DNA of 64,000 bases from Sulfitobacter sp. (lineage in GTDB: Bacteria > Pseudomonadota > Alphaproteobacteria > Rhodobacterales > Rhodobacteraceae): positions 10,435 through 74,434 of the forward strand of contig NZ_JBDWCI010000001.1 of assembly GCF_039977885.1 (NCBI RefSeq), given 5' to 3'. The stretch's first letter is position 1; every line of letters begins with the position of its first letter. The notes under the pieces were generated by a model. The model was given only the letters and a program-made list of their open reading frames with translations, was not told the DNA's origin and made no database searches. Positions 29,541 through 40,120 of the stretch are shown here, piece after piece. A program made the translations under genes and the position numbers.

Positions 29541-30329
29541 CTAGATGTGGCCCGCGCTTTTGAAGAATTCGGTCAGAATGGCAGCATATTCTTGTGGCTG
29601 TTCGGCACAGGGCAGGTGGCCTGCCTTTCGAATAAGCCGGAATTGTGAGCCGGGAATAAGGTCTAGGGTTTCGCGGACCAGATCAGGCGGTGTCGCGCCG
29701 TCCTCAGAGCCGGCGATACCCAATGCGGGCAGGCGCAAGCCGCTGGTCGGGGTGAAGAAATCAGTGCCTGAAATCGCAGCAGAGCAGCCGTTATAGCCGT
29801 CAGCCGCCTGCTGGACCAACATGTTCCGCCACAGTTCCATCTCGGGTGTGGCGCGGAAGGACTTCGAGAACCAGCGCTCCATCGTCGCGTCAGCAAGGGC
29901 TTCGACGCCGCCTTGTTGTACTGCGCTGATGCGGTCGTCCCACATGGTTTTTGTGCCGATCTTGGCCGCTGTATTGCTAAGGACCACGGCGCGCACCAGA
30001 TCAAGGCGCTTGACGGCCAGCCCCTGGGCGATCATGCCACCGATGCTGAGTCCGACAAACATACAATCGCGCACGCCCAGATGGTCGAGAAGTTTCTCAC
30101 AATCGCTCACCAATGCGCCCATAGAGTAGGGGCCGCTTGGTATCGAAGACAGGCCATGGCCGCGTTTGTCATAGCGGATGATACGCAGCCCCTTGGGCAG
30201 CAGTGGCAAAACAGGATCCCACAGGCGCATATCGGTGCCTAGCGAGTTGGCAAAGACCACCGGTTGTCCATCATCAGGGCCCTCGACGCGGTAGTGCAGG
30301 CGCACATCGCCTGCGTCAAAAATCTTCAT
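29541..30329 (-). CDS. pcaD: 3-oxoadipate enol-lactonase-like alpha/beta hydrolase
   Basis: FANSLGTD, RYDKRGHG, GLSIGG nucleophile elbow and GHLPCAEQP; true substrate uncertain because no other pca genes are nearby. Confidence 0.8.
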   Translation of the reverse strand: MKIFDAGDVRLHYRVEGPDDGQPVVFANSLGTDMRLWDPVLPLLPKGLRIIRYDKRGHGLSSIPSGPYSMGALVSDCEKLLDHLGVRDCMFVGLSIGGMIAQGLAVKRLDLVRAVVLSNTAAKIGTKTMWDDRISAVQQGGVEALADATMERWFSKSFRATPEMELWRNMLVQQAADGYNGCSAAISGTDFFTPTSGLRLPALGIAGSEDGATPPDLVRETLDLIPGSQFRLIRKAGHLPCAEQPQEYAAILTEFFKSAGHI

Positions 30330-31522
30330 TTCGCATCTCCCTTGAGCTGGATATGGGCCATGATCTGCCCGTGGTCGGAGGCGAGTTTGTTGTAGGGGGC
30401 CTCGGCGTGGCTGCCATCGGTCAGGTGGTCATTCAGCACGCTGAAATAGTCCATTTCGCCAATGTTGCCGGCCGTTTCGGGCAGGAAGTGACGTGACAGA
30501 TAGATCTGGTCAATGCTTTCGTACACGCCGCCGAAAGCTGCGGTGAATACCATGTCGCGCAGGGATTTGCGCACGAAAAGTTTTTCGGCGGGGTGCAGGC
30601 GCACGGCTTCGATGTCTTGGGTGATCTGCGCGGCATCTTCGGCGGAATAGCGATCGCCGCGATGTTCCGCGTCATGGCGCAGCATCCATTGGTAGTTCTT
30701 GAACGGATGTTCGCCCGAGATGATCTCGGAGCTGACCGCATTTTCCGCATCATTGAAATCGCCAAGCACAATCACCGGATTGCCCGCCTGTAGCTCTTGC
30801 ACGATGGCCCCGCGCAGGACCCAGGCTTCGGCCATGCGGCGCATGGCGGCGCGCGCAGACCCCAGCGCGCGGCCAACGGGGTCGTATTTTGTAAGGTCCG
30901 CTTCGGGGGCTGGGCCGCCGTCGTCGGGCCTGATAAATTCGCCCAGCTTGGATTTGAGGTGGCAGTTGAAGACGGTGATGACGTGATCGCCGATTGGCAC
31001 GCGGACCTTGAGGATCGGGCGGCTCAGACGTCTAATACGGAAAAATCCGCCATCTTCGCCCCCGTCCGAAAACGGGATGTCGAGCGGTCGACCAAGGTCC
31101 TGGATGATCTCGGGTGCGCCGACGAAGCCGAACCGCGATAGGATCGCCACCCCCGGACGGCGTGCGCCCGGTTTGCCGTCGTTGAGGTTGGGCGCAAATG
31201 CCAGATCGGCCTCACGGTAGCTGCCATAAGCCAGCTTGTCGAAGATCGCGCGCTTGCGATAGCGTTTCGTGCTGTCCGGCAAGGCGAATTCATTGTGCTG
31301 TTCGCCGTAAGTATCAGCGAGCGTGATCATATCGCTAAGGGATTCTTCATCGAAAATCTCTTGGAAGCCTATGATATCGGCATCCAGCGTGACCATCTGA
31401 TCGGCCAGCCAATCGCGCTTCCATGCGTATTCTTCGGGCGTGTAGGATTGGAATTGATAATATTCCTTATCGGCCCCGATAAGGTTTTTGACGTTGAAGC
31501 TGGCAATGGTGAAACGGGTCAT
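30326..31522 (-). CDS. Endonuclease/exonuclease/phosphatase (EEP) family protein
   Basis: TIASFNVKNL, GFQEIFD, CHLKSK, LGDFND, IDQIYLS and SDH motifs. Confidence 0.85.
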   Translation of the reverse strand: MTRFTIASFNVKNLIGADKEYYQFQSYTPEEYAWKRDWLADQMVTLDADIIGFQEIFDEESLSDMITLADTYGEQHNEFALPDSTKRYRKRAIFDKLAYGSYREADLAFAPNLNDGKPGARRPGVAILSRFGFVGAPEIIQDLGRPLDIPFSDGGEDGGFFRIRRLSRPILKVRVPIGDHVITVFNCHLKSKLGEFIRPDDGGPAPEADLTKYDPVGRALGSARAAMRRMAEAWVLRGAIVQELQAGNPVIVLGDFNDAENAVSSEIISGEHPFKNYQWMLRHDAEHRGDRYSAEDAAQITQDIEAVRLHPAEKLFVRKSLRDMVFTAAFGGVYESIDQIYLSRHFLPETAGNIGEMDYFSVLNDHLTDGSHAEAPYNKLASDHGQIMAHIQLKGDAK

Positions 31523-32487
31523 AGGGTTTCCAATGCGCGTGTGAACATGGCCGGGTCCACATTGCCGCCCGAAATGGTGACAATGACATCGTCGCCAGTG
31601 ATCTGGTCGCGGCGGTATAATGCTGCGGCAAGCGCGGCAGCGCCGCCCGGTTCGGCCACCAGTTTCAGGCGGGCAAAGGCTTGGGCCATTGCGCCAAGCA
31701 CCTCGTCTTCGGATACGGCAAGCCCTGCACCGCATAGGCGCTTCATCACTGGAAAGGTCAGCTCGCCGGCGCGCGGGGTGATGATGGCATCGCAAATATT
31801 GCCGGATGTGGCGGTATTGCTTTCCAAGGTGCCCGAACGCAGCGAACGTGCCACATCGTCAAAACCTTCAGGCTCGGCAGGGCGGACGCGCAGGCTGGGG
31901 GCATCCGCCTCGAGCGCGAGCGCGATGCCCGAAGTCAGCCCGCCACCACCGCAACACACGATGACTTCGGCGTCTTTGATGCCAAGCGCATTTGCGTCTT
32001 CGGCAATCTCGAGCCCGCAGGTGCCTTGCCCTGCGACAACCAGCGGATCATCAAAAGGTTTGATCAGTGTAAGGCCGCGTTCGCTGCTGATTTTTGCGCC
32101 GATATCATCGCGGGATTCTGTATCGCGGTTATAAAGAACGACTTCGGCACCATACGCCTTCGTATTGTCGATCTTGAGTTGGGGCGCATCAGACGGCATG
32201 ATGATGACAGCACTAGTGTTATGCATTTTTGCGGCCAAAGCGACGCCTTGCGCGTGGTTGCCGGATGAAAATGCAATGACCCCCTTGGCCCGCACCTCGG
32301 GAGGTAAGGCGGAAACTGCGCTATAGCCGCCGCGAAACTTGAAGCTGCCGGTATGTTGCAGGCATTCGGGTTTGACCCAGACACGGCGGCCTGCGATCTC
32401 GTCCAGAAAAGGGGAGCGCACCAATTGGGTGCGTACAGCGTGCCCTTGCAGGCGGGTAGCGGCGGCGCGGATCATGTCGATGTTCAT
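31519..32487 (-). CDS. PLP-dependent Ser/Thr dehydratase / serine racemase-like enzyme, no ACT domain
   Basis: KPECLQHTGSFKFRG, SSGNHAQG, CGGGGL and ISGGN motifs. Confidence 0.88.
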   Translation of the reverse strand: MNIDMIRAAATRLQGHAVRTQLVRSPFLDEIAGRRVWVKPECLQHTGSFKFRGGYSAVSALPPEVRAKGVIAFSSGNHAQGVALAAKMHNTSAVIIMPSDAPQLKIDNTKAYGAEVVLYNRDTESRDDIGAKISSERGLTLIKPFDDPLVVAGQGTCGLEIAEDANALGIKDAEVIVCCGGGGLTSGIALALEADAPSLRVRPAEPEGFDDVARSLRSGTLESNTATSGNICDAIITPRAGELTFPVMKRLCGAGLAVSEDEVLGAMAQAFARLKLVAEPGGAAALAAALYRRDQITGDDVIVTISGGNVDPAMFTRALETL

Positions 32488-33308
32488 TGTAGGGCCTTTG
32501 TCCATGTTGTGAGAGCGGTGACGGCGGCGGGTTCGTCGAGGAAGGGAATATGGCCGCGGTCGGGAACCTTGCCAAGGATCATATCGGGGCGGCGCTTTTG
32601 CATCTCGGCTACGGTGTCCGCGCCCAGCAGATTCGAATTCAGACCCCAGACCAGTGCCAGCGGGAGGCCGTCCATCGTATCAAAGAAGGGCCAAAGGTCG
32701 GGCATCATCTGGTCTCCTGCGGCCAGCACCGCGTCGCGCAGGTGTTTGTCATAGGTGATGTGCAGGCCGTCTGCGTCTTTGGTGTAATGTTTGCGCGCTT
32801 CCTCAAGCCAGCGGCTTTCGGGGACACCTTTGAATTCGGGAAAGGCGCGGGCCATGTTGGCGGCGGCTTCGGCGTGGGTTTTGGCTACCGGGTCCCGGCC
32901 GATGTAGCCTTTGATGGCCTCGATGCCTGCGGGTTCGATCACAGGGCCGACATCGTTGAGGGCTACGCCCAACAGGCGGTGTTTGGCCCCCATGGCCAGC
33001 CCCATGGCGTTCAATCCCCCGCGCGAGGTGCCAAGGATCGCGACCTTTTCCAGCCCCAGATGATCGAGCAGTTCGGTCACATCCCGACATTCGATAGGAA
33101 GGGAGTAGTTTTTCCAATCAGGATCAAAATCCGATCGTCCGCGCCCGCGATAGTCCAGTTTGATTAATCGCTGGCCGCTCAGAAACGGCGTGACATAGTC
33201 GAAGTCAGCCGTGGTGCGGGTAAGCCCAGCAAGACAAAGGATCGGCAGCCCAGTACCGTGATCGGTATAGTAAAGCTCGAGCCCGTCGGAGGTTGTGAAA
33301 AAGGCCAT
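32484..33308 (-). CDS. Alpha/beta hydrolase
   Basis: DYRGRGRS, GTSRGG elbow and RGHIPFLDE. Confidence 0.88.
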   Translation of the reverse strand: MAFFTTSDGLELYYTDHGTGLPILCLAGLTRTTADFDYVTPFLSGQRLIKLDYRGRGRSDFDPDWKNYSLPIECRDVTELLDHLGLEKVAILGTSRGGLNAMGLAMGAKHRLLGVALNDVGPVIEPAGIEAIKGYIGRDPVAKTHAEAAANMARAFPEFKGVPESRWLEEARKHYTKDADGLHITYDKHLRDAVLAAGDQMMPDLWPFFDTMDGLPLALVWGLNSNLLGADTVAEMQKRRPDMILGKVPDRGHIPFLDEPAAVTALTTWTKALQ

Positions 33309-33994
33309 CAGACACCTGCCAGTGCGGGAATGCCTGTGAGGTCAGCAAGCACATGCGCAGGCTGCCATGGCAAACGGTCCATGGGCTCTGCGGTGCGGTT
33401 TACCCATGCGGTGGTAAAGCCGTAGCCCGTAGCACCCGCCGCATCCCAGCCGTTGGAAGAGACAAATAACACCTCGTCCTTGGCACAGCCGAATTCCGCT
33501 GCCACTAGATCGTAATTTCGAAAGTCGGGTTTGAAGACGCCGACGCTTTCCACTGACAACAACGCATCCAGCGTATCTGCGATGCCCGCGCTCTCTACTG
33601 CGCCGCGCAGCATCGCGGGTGAGCCATTGGACATGATCGCAGTATTCAGACCGGCTGCTTTGAGGTTATGCAGCATTGCGGGCACCTCGGGATAAGCGCC
33701 CAACTCCCAATATAACTGCAACAGGCGCTCACGCAGCGGGCCGTCGCCATCGTGGCCGGTTTTCTCTAGCGCCCAGTCGAGCCCGTCTTGCGTCACTGTC
33801 CAGAAATCGCAATGGGAATCGGTGATGGCGCGCAGCCAGCTGTATTGCAGTTGTTTGAGGCGCCAATATTCGGCCAATTGCGGCCAATCGTCTTGGATCG
33901 CGGTGAAGGCCGGTTCGCTTGCGGCTTGCCGTGCGGCGGCGGCAACATCGAACAGGGTGCCGTAGGCATCAAAGACGCAAGTGGTGATTGGCAT
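33308..33994 (-). CDS. Haloacid dehalogenase type II (L-2-HAD)
   Basis: FDAYGTLFD, WRLKQL, SNG, FKPD and SSNGWD motifs. Confidence 0.88.
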   Translation of the reverse strand: MPITTCVFDAYGTLFDVAAAARQAASEPAFTAIQDDWPQLAEYWRLKQLQYSWLRAITDSHCDFWTVTQDGLDWALEKTGHDGDGPLRERLLQLYWELGAYPEVPAMLHNLKAAGLNTAIMSNGSPAMLRGAVESAGIADTLDALLSVESVGVFKPDFRNYDLVAAEFGCAKDEVLFVSSNGWDAAGATGYGFTTAWVNRTAEPMDRLPWQPAHVLADLTGIPALAGV

Positions 33995-34172
33995 GTGGAC
34001 TCCGCTGTTCAGGGAAGGATTTACGCACAGTTGCATGAGACACAAGGTTGGAAAAGGGCGAAATAGGGGTTGTGATTTGGGCGGTAGCTTGAAAAGATAT
34101 GGCATCTTTCGGAGCACCTGCGCAGATACGCGGCCTCCGCCCCTTACCCCCCTTTCAGATTGGAGACGACCT

Positions 34173-34607
34173 ATGGCCGAAGTCAAGGCAGGCGACACCG
34201 TACATTTACACTATACCGGCACATTGCTGGACGGCACAACATTCGACAGTTCCGAAGGCCGCGACCCGCTGTCTTTCGTCGTTGGCTCGGGCCAGATCAT
34301 TCCGGGGCTTGATGTGGCCATTCCGGGTATGACCGTCGGCGAGAAAAAAGTGGTCAAGATCGGCGCGGATGACGCTTATGGCCAGGTTAACCCTGACATG
34401 CGCCAATCGGTGCCGCGTGAAGGTATCCCTGCCGATATCCCGCTCGAGATCGGCACGCAGTTGCAGATGCAAACACCCGATGGACAGGCCCTTCCGGTCA
34501 CGGTTGTGGAAGCGGATGAGGCAACCGTGACATTGGACGCGAACCACCCGCTGGCAGGCAAAGATTTGCAGTTCGATATCGAGCTGATGAAAATCGACGC
34601 GGCCTGA
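34173..34607 (+). CDS. slyD: FKBP-type peptidyl-prolyl isomerase (SlyD/FkpB type)
   Basis: HYTGTLLDGTTFDSS, GQIIPGL, AYG and LDANHPLAG motifs. Confidence 0.85.
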   Translation: MAEVKAGDTVHLHYTGTLLDGTTFDSSEGRDPLSFVVGSGQIIPGLDVAIPGMTVGEKKVVKIGADDAYGQVNPDMRQSVPREGIPADIPLEIGTQLQMQTPDGQALPVTVVEADEATVTLDANHPLAGKDLQFDIELMKIDAA

Positions 34608-34668
34608 ACGGCGCTGCGCCCTTTTGCCCCTTAAAGGGCAGGGGGGCTTGAGCCCGCCATGATGACAC

Positions 34669-34702
34669 AAAAAAGAGGCTCCGGATGGGGTCTCTTTTTT
34701 TT
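34669..34702. terminator. Bidirectional terminator between slyD and irr
   Basis: A-tract, GAGGCTCC-GGAT-GGGGTCTC stem-loop, T-tract. Confidence 0.7.
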
Positions 34703-34735
34703 ATGATGTTTGAATGTTGTGAAGTGCTGAGAGGA

Positions 34736-35155
34736 TCAGGCTTTTTTACGCAAGCGGATGATTACATCGACAGATGCGATTTCGGCCCCGTCGGGCGCGT
34801 CGGGTAGCTGCGCAATAACCAGCTGGTCAGAGGGCGCATCGCTAAGGCGGGCATCATCTTCCCAAAAGAAATGCGGGTGATCATGGGTGTTGGTGTCAAA
34901 ATAGCTGCGCGAGCCATCCACGGTGACCTCTTGCAACAGGCCTGCATCACAAAACGCACGCAACGTGTTATAGACCGTGGCAAGCGATACGCTTTCGCCG
35001 CCGCCTTTGGCCGCTTCAAACAAGCTTTCTGCGGTGACATGGCGGTGGTGCCCGTCACCGACAAGTAGCGATGCAAGCGTCAAACGTTGCCGGGTCGGCC
35101 TTAGCCCCGCTGTCGCGAGCCATTTTGTACCGATTTCCAGCTGAGTATCAGACAT
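34736..35155 (-). CDS. irr: Iron response regulator (Fur family, Irr)
   Basis: GLRPTRQR, GDGHHRHVTAE, SLATVYNTL and FDTNTHDHPHF motifs. Confidence 0.88.
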   Translation of the reverse strand: MSDTQLEIGTKWLATAGLRPTRQRLTLASLLVGDGHHRHVTAESLFEAAKGGGESVSLATVYNTLRAFCDAGLLQEVTVDGSRSYFDTNTHDHPHFFWEDDARLSDAPSDQLVIAQLPDAPDGAEIASVDVIIRLRKKA

Positions 35156-35350
35156 TTTTAGCCTCTCTGCGAACTACGCTTAATATAAGGTATGCAAGGG
35201 GTGGTTTTCAATTGCAAATCGGGCATCAATCCACCTAAGCGGGAAATGCGACCTTTTAACCCGCATTCCAGGGGTGCGCGGAGCTCTTGCGGCGTGGCGG
35301 CCCAAGATGATAGGTCCAAATGAACGCCCGGAAGTGCAGGAGAAAGATCC

Positions 35351-35860
35351 ATGGCCGACTACCCCACCAGTTTTGATAAAGATGATCTGTTGAAATGTGC
35401 GAGGGGCGAATTGTTTGGTCCGGGCAATGCGCAATTGCCGGCCCCGCCGATGTTGATGATGGACCGGATTACCGAAGTGTCCGGTGACGGTGGCGCGCAT
35501 GGTAAGGGCCATATCGTGGCCGAGTTCGATATCACACCGGATTTGTGGTTCTTTGATTGTCACTTCCCTGGTAACCCGATCATGCCGGGTTGTCTGGGGC
35601 TGGACGGTCTGTGGCAGCTGACAGGGTTCAACCTTGGCTGGCGTGGTTGGCAGGGGCGCGGTTATGCGCTGGGTGTTGGCGAAGTAAAGCTTACCGGAAT
35701 GGTGCGCCCTGATCGCAAAATGCTGACCTACAAGATTGATTTTACCAAAGCAATCCAGACCCGCCGCCTGACGATGGGCGTCGCTAGCGGTACCGTCGAA
35801 GCCGATGGCGAGGTTATTTATCAGGTTACAGATATGAAGGTCGCCTTGTCAGAAAGCTGA
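35351..35860 (+). CDS. fabA: 3-hydroxyacyl-ACP dehydratase/isomerase
   Basis: [12 protein letters not shown] and [18 protein letters not shown] motifs. Confidence 0.96.
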   Translation: MADYPTSFDKDDLLKCARGELFGPGNAQLPAPPMLMMDRITEVSGDGGAHGKGHIVAEFDITPDLWFFDCHFPGNPIMPGCLGLDGLWQLTGFNLGWRGWQGRGYALGVGEVKLTGMVRPDRKMLTYKIDFTKAIQTRRLTMGVASGTVEADGEVIYQVTDMKVALSES

Positions 35861-35869
35861 TGAAAAAGA

Positions 35870-35919
35870 CGCGCCGCGTTGATCCGCACGCCAAAACTGG
35901 CGGGGATCAACGCGGCGCG
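35870..35919. repeat. GC-rich inverted repeat with 16-bp arms (REP-like or terminator)
   Basis: CGCGCCGCGTTGATCC ... GGATCAACGCGGCGCG. Confidence 0.75.
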
Positions 35920-35924
35920 GCGCA

Positions 35925-36527
35925 TTATGCTGATTGCATATCCTGCGCTTTGCCATCGTGGGAACCGTTCACGGCAGCATCTGCCAGAACATAGGCCACA
36001 TCCGCGCGGCTAGCTTTTGCCGTCTTGTCCACTTCTGATCCTAACTTGATAACGTCAGAGCGCCCGTCATTCGTAAGCGCCACATGCCGTAGGATCGAAT
36101 AGGTCAGCCCCGAGGCTTTGAGGTGTTCATCGGCTTCATGCTTGGCCTGAAGGTAATGGGCAAGATCACCTTCAGGGTTCTCGTTATCCGCTCCGACGGA
36201 GCTGAGCATGACAAAGCGTTTGACGCCGGATTTTGCGGCAATATCTGTCAGCCGCATCGCCCCGTCGCGGTCAACCTTATCAGTCATTTCAGCACTGGTG
36301 CCACCGCCAGAGCCAGCGGCGAACACGACAACATCCGCGTTTTCACAAACATCGTCTTTAAGGTCGGTCAGATCGGCAACCCGTGTCTCAACCCCATCGG
36401 GCAACCCGCTGGTGTCGGAGCTTTCACGGACAAGCGCCACTGGATTGCGCCCCATCTTTTTGATTTCAGCAACAATTTGGCTTCCGGTCGCGCCGGTAGA
36501 TCCGGCGACAAGTACATTGATAGTCAT
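35925..36527 (-). CDS. Atypical SDR / NAD(P)H-binding protein
   Basis: VAGSTGATG Rossmann motif, FAAGSG, LSSVGA and YLQAK. Confidence 0.85.
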   Translation of the reverse strand: MTINVLVAGSTGATGSQIVAEIKKMGRNPVALVRESSDTSGLPDGVETRVADLTDLKDDVCENADVVVFAAGSGGGTSAEMTDKVDRDGAMRLTDIAAKSGVKRFVMLSSVGADNENPEGDLAHYLQAKHEADEHLKASGLTYSILRHVALTNDGRSDVIKLGSEVDKTAKASRADVAYVLADAAVNGSHDGKAQDMQSA

Positions 36528-36566
36528 ATCGTAATTCTCCTTATTTGTATCGGGATGCGGAGTTGA

Positions 36567-37946
36567 TTAACCGGGCAGGTAGATAGATTTCGCGTTTGCG
36601 AATTCTTTCATGCCAAACCCGCCATGTTCGCGGCCATAGCCCGAATCCTTCACGCCCCCGAACGGCATATTCGGATCGGCGGCACCGAATGAGTTGATGC
36701 GGACCATGCCGGTGTCGAAATGTTTGCGGGCAAGCTCTATCGCGCGTTCCTCGTTTTGCGAGAAAATACCGCCGCCCAGCCCATAGCGGCTGTCATTGGC
36801 AATGCGCATGGCGTCTTCGTCGTCTTTCGCGCGGATCACTGCTGCGACAGGGCCAAAAATTTCATCATCATAGGCAGGCATACCGGGCGCTACATCGCCG
36901 AGAACTGTGGCGGGATAATAGGCTCCCGTCCGGTCTGGTACTTCGCCACCGCACAAAATTTTGGCACCTTTGGCGACACTGCCCTTGACCTGATCGCGCA
37001 CGGTTTCGAATTGGCCATTGCTTGAAAGCGGCCCCAGCTCGGTGTCTTCGTTCATCGGATCGCCCATTTCGACCTTGGCCATTCGAGCCACATAGGCCTC
37101 GACAAAGGCATCGTAGACCTTGTCAGTGACGATGAAACGCTTGGCGCAGACACATGTTTGGCCGTTGTTATAAATACGACCCGTGACCGATAATTCGACC
37201 GCTTTTTCGATGTCGGCATCCTCGAGCACCATATATGCGTCGTTTGACCCCAGTTCGAGCACTGATTTCTTGAGTGCTTGTGCCGCTTTTGCGCCGATGT
37301 GGCGACCAACACCGTCGGAGCCAGTCATCGTGACACCGCGCACCTTGCGATATTCGATCAGTGTGTCGCTGGTATCGTGATCAATGACGATAACGGTAAA
37401 AATGTCTTCGGGCAGACCGGCTTCAATACACAGCTCCCGTAGGCGGATTGCGCTGCCGGTACAGATTTCAGCGTGCTTCAATACTACGCCATTGCCCGCC
37501 ATCAGGTTCGCCGCCAGCACACGCACGGGCTGGTATAGCGGGAAGTTCCACGGCTGGATTGAATAGATCACGCCGATGGGTTGATAGCTCACGATGCTGC
37601 GCTTTTTGCCACCTGAATGGGTGCGTTCTTCGTCCTGAAGCATCTCGGGCCCGTGTTCGGCGGTATATTCAAAGATTTGCGCGCAAAGTTCGACCTCGGT
37701 CAGCCCGTCTTTGTATAGTTTGCCGACCTCGCGCGTCATGAGTTTGGCCAGTTCTTCGCTGTGGTTGCGCAATACTGATGCGATCGACTTCAGGTGTTTG
37801 CCGCGCTCTTCATGGCTTAGCAGTTTCCAATCTTCAAAGGCTGCATGGCAGGCGTCCACTTCGGCGACGGCGTCCTTGGTGCTGATTGTGGGGTAGGTGT
37901 TGATCGGCTCGGCTGTGGCGGGGTTGATTGTGGTGATCTTAGACAT
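36567..37946 (-). CDS. NAD(P)-dependent aldehyde dehydrogenase (succinate-semialdehyde dehydrogenase-like)
   Basis: PWNFP, TGS, LELG, NGQTCV (catalytic Cys), EIFGP and PFGGVKDSG motifs. Confidence 0.92.
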   Translation of the reverse strand: MSKITTINPATAEPINTYPTISTKDAVAEVDACHAAFEDWKLLSHEERGKHLKSIASVLRNHSEELAKLMTREVGKLYKDGLTEVELCAQIFEYTAEHGPEMLQDEERTHSGGKKRSIVSYQPIGVIYSIQPWNFPLYQPVRVLAANLMAGNGVVLKHAEICTGSAIRLRELCIEAGLPEDIFTVIVIDHDTSDTLIEYRKVRGVTMTGSDGVGRHIGAKAAQALKKSVLELGSNDAYMVLEDADIEKAVELSVTGRIYNNGQTCVCAKRFIVTDKVYDAFVEAYVARMAKVEMGDPMNEDTELGPLSSNGQFETVRDQVKGSVAKGAKILCGGEVPDRTGAYYPATVLGDVAPGMPAYDDEIFGPVAAVIRAKDDEDAMRIANDSRYGLGGGIFSQNEERAIELARKHFDTGMVRINSFGAADPNMPFGGVKDSGYGREHGGFGMKEFANAKSIYLPG

Positions 37947-38093
37947 TGTGGTCTCCTATTCTTGTTGCTGGACCAACACGGGCAGGCGAAGGGAAGTTCC
38001 ATACAATCTGAGTGCAGGGGGGACGCTACCCGCTTGCACCTGCGCGCCGCGCTGGCCTAAGAAGGGGCAGGATTATACACAGGAGTGCTGCAT

Positions 38094-39323
38094 ATGCGCC
38101 GCGTCGTCGTCACAGGCTTGGGGATTGTTTCATCCATCGGGAACAATGCCGCAGAGGTCAAAGCATCGCTGAAAGCGGGCACCAGCGGGATCGTCGCATC
38201 CGAACCGATGGCCGAGCACGGGTTTCGCAGCCAGATCGCCGGCACGCTCAAGGTCGACCCTGTCGCGTTGATCGACAAACGGACCTACCGTTTCATGGGG
38301 CAGGCGGCGGCTTATGCCTATCTGGCCATGGGTCAGGCGATCGAGGATGCGGGGCTGAATGAAGAGATCATCTCTAACCCGCGCACGGGTCTGGTTGCAG
38401 GATCCGGCGGGCCGTCTACATCGTCGATGATGGCCGCACATGATATCGTAAAGTCCACAGGTGCGACCAAGCGGATCGGGCCTTTTGCTGTGCCAAAATG
38501 TATGAGCTCGACGGTGAGCGCGAACCTGTCCACCGCCTATAAGATCAAGGGCATCAACTATTCCATCACCTCGGCCTGCTCGACCTCGCTGCACTGCATC
38601 GGGAACGCCGCAGAACAGATCATGATGGGCAAGCAGGACGTGATGTTTGCAGGTGGCGGCGAGGAGCTGGACTGGACTTTGTCATGTCTGTTTGACGCCA
38701 TGGGCGCCATGAGCAGCAAATTCAACGACACGCCAGAGCTGGCGAGCCGCGCCTTTGACCAAGACCGCGACGGGTTTGTGATCTCGGGTGGTGGCGGCAT
38801 GTTGGTGCTGGAAGATCTCGAGCACGCCCAAGCGCGCGGTGCCAAGATCTACGCAGAAATAACCGGTTTCGCAGCAACATCGGATGGCCATGATATGGTT
38901 GCCCCCTCGGGTGAGGGCGGCGAGCGGGCGATGCGTCTGGCGCTGCAAACGCTGCCGGAAGGCCGCAAAGTCAGCTATATCAACGCACATGGCACGTCCA
39001 CACCTGTGGGCGACGTAGGCGAGATCGAAGCCGTGCGCCGCGTGTTTGGCCAAGGCAGCACACCGCCTGTCAGCTCAACCAAATCCATGACCGGCCACGC
39101 GCAGGGCGCGGCGGGTGCGTTGGAGGCGATTTTCTGCCTGCTGATGCTCGAGGATGATTTCATTGCGCCGTCGATCAATGTGCAAACTCTGGACGAGCGT
39201 CTTGACCCGTCCGAGATCGCGCTGGAGCGGGTGGATGACGCAGGGCTGGATTCCGTCATGACCAACTCCTTCGGATTTGGCGGCACCAACGGATCAATGA
39301 TCCTTTCAAAATTTAAGGGGTAA
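38094..39323 (+). CDS. fabB: Beta-ketoacyl-ACP synthase I
   Basis: [28 protein letters not shown] and NSFGFGG motifs; AGGAG RBS. Confidence 0.93.
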   Translation: MRRVVVTGLGIVSSIGNNAAEVKASLKAGTSGIVASEPMAEHGFRSQIAGTLKVDPVALIDKRTYRFMGQAAAYAYLAMGQAIEDAGLNEEIISNPRTGLVAGSGGPSTSSMMAAHDIVKSTGATKRIGPFAVPKCMSSTVSANLSTAYKIKGINYSITSACSTSLHCIGNAAEQIMMGKQDVMFAGGGEELDWTLSCLFDAMGAMSSKFNDTPELASRAFDQDRDGFVISGGGGMLVLEDLEHAQARGAKIYAEITGFAATSDGHDMVAPSGEGGERAMRLALQTLPEGRKVSYINAHGTSTPVGDVGEIEAVRRVFGQGSTPPVSSTKSMTGHAQGAAGALEAIFCLLMLEDDFIAPSINVQTLDERLDPSEIALERVDDAGLDSVMTNSFGFGGTNGSMILSKFKG

Positions 39324-39328
39324 GGGTC

Positions 39329-40120
39329 ATGTCTGATCTTCTCAAAGGAAAACGCGGCCTGATCATGGGCGTGGCAAATGACCGCTCGATTGCATGGGGT
39401 ATCGCCAAGGCGATGTCGCAGGCGGGCGCAGAGCTGGCATTTACCTATCAGGGCGACGCATTTGGCACGCGGCTGAAACCACTGGCCGAAAGCATCGGGT
39501 CGGATTTCATGGTCGATGTGGATGTGACCGACGATGCATCTCTGGATGCTGCGTTTGACCAATTGGCCGCGCGTTGGCCCACCATTGATTTCGTGGTTCA
39601 CGCGGTTGCCTTTTCAGATAAATCCGAGCTGACGGGTCGTTTCCTGAACACCAGCCGTGCGAATTTCAAACATTCGATGGATATCTCGGCCTACAGCTTT
39701 ATCGAAGTTGCACGCCGTGCCCACCCCATGATGAATGAGAACGGCGGCACGCTGCTGACCCTGACCTATCAAGGGTCGAATAAGGTTGTGCCGAATTACA
39801 ATGTGATGGGCGTGGCCAAGGCAGCATTGGAAAGCGCTACGCGTTATCTGGCCAATGATCTGGGGCCGGAAGGCATCCGCGTGAATGCAATCTCGCCCGG
39901 TCCAATGAAAACACTGGCCGGTGCTGCCATCGGCGGTGCGCGCAAGACCTACAAACACACGGCCCTGAACGCGCCATTGCGCGAGAATGCAACGCTCGAG
40001 GCCGTGGGCGGCACAGCTGTCTATCTGGCCTCTGACATGGGGGCCTGCACCTCGGGTGAGATCATCCACGTCGATGGTGGCTACCACGTATTGGGCATGC
40101 CGCAGGCGGACAACCTTTAG
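39329..40120 (+). CDS. fabI: Enoyl-ACP reductase
   Basis: GVANDRSIAWGIA, YNVMGVAKAALE and NAISPGP motifs. Confidence 0.95.
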   Translation: MSDLLKGKRGLIMGVANDRSIAWGIAKAMSQAGAELAFTYQGDAFGTRLKPLAESIGSDFMVDVDVTDDASLDAAFDQLAARWPTIDFVVHAVAFSDKSELTGRFLNTSRANFKHSMDISAYSFIEVARRAHPMMNENGGTLLTLTYQGSNKVVPNYNVMGVAKAALESATRYLANDLGPEGIRVNAISPGPMKTLAGAAIGGARKTYKHTALNAPLRENATLEAVGGTAVYLASDMGACTSGEIIHVDGGYHVLGMPQADNL

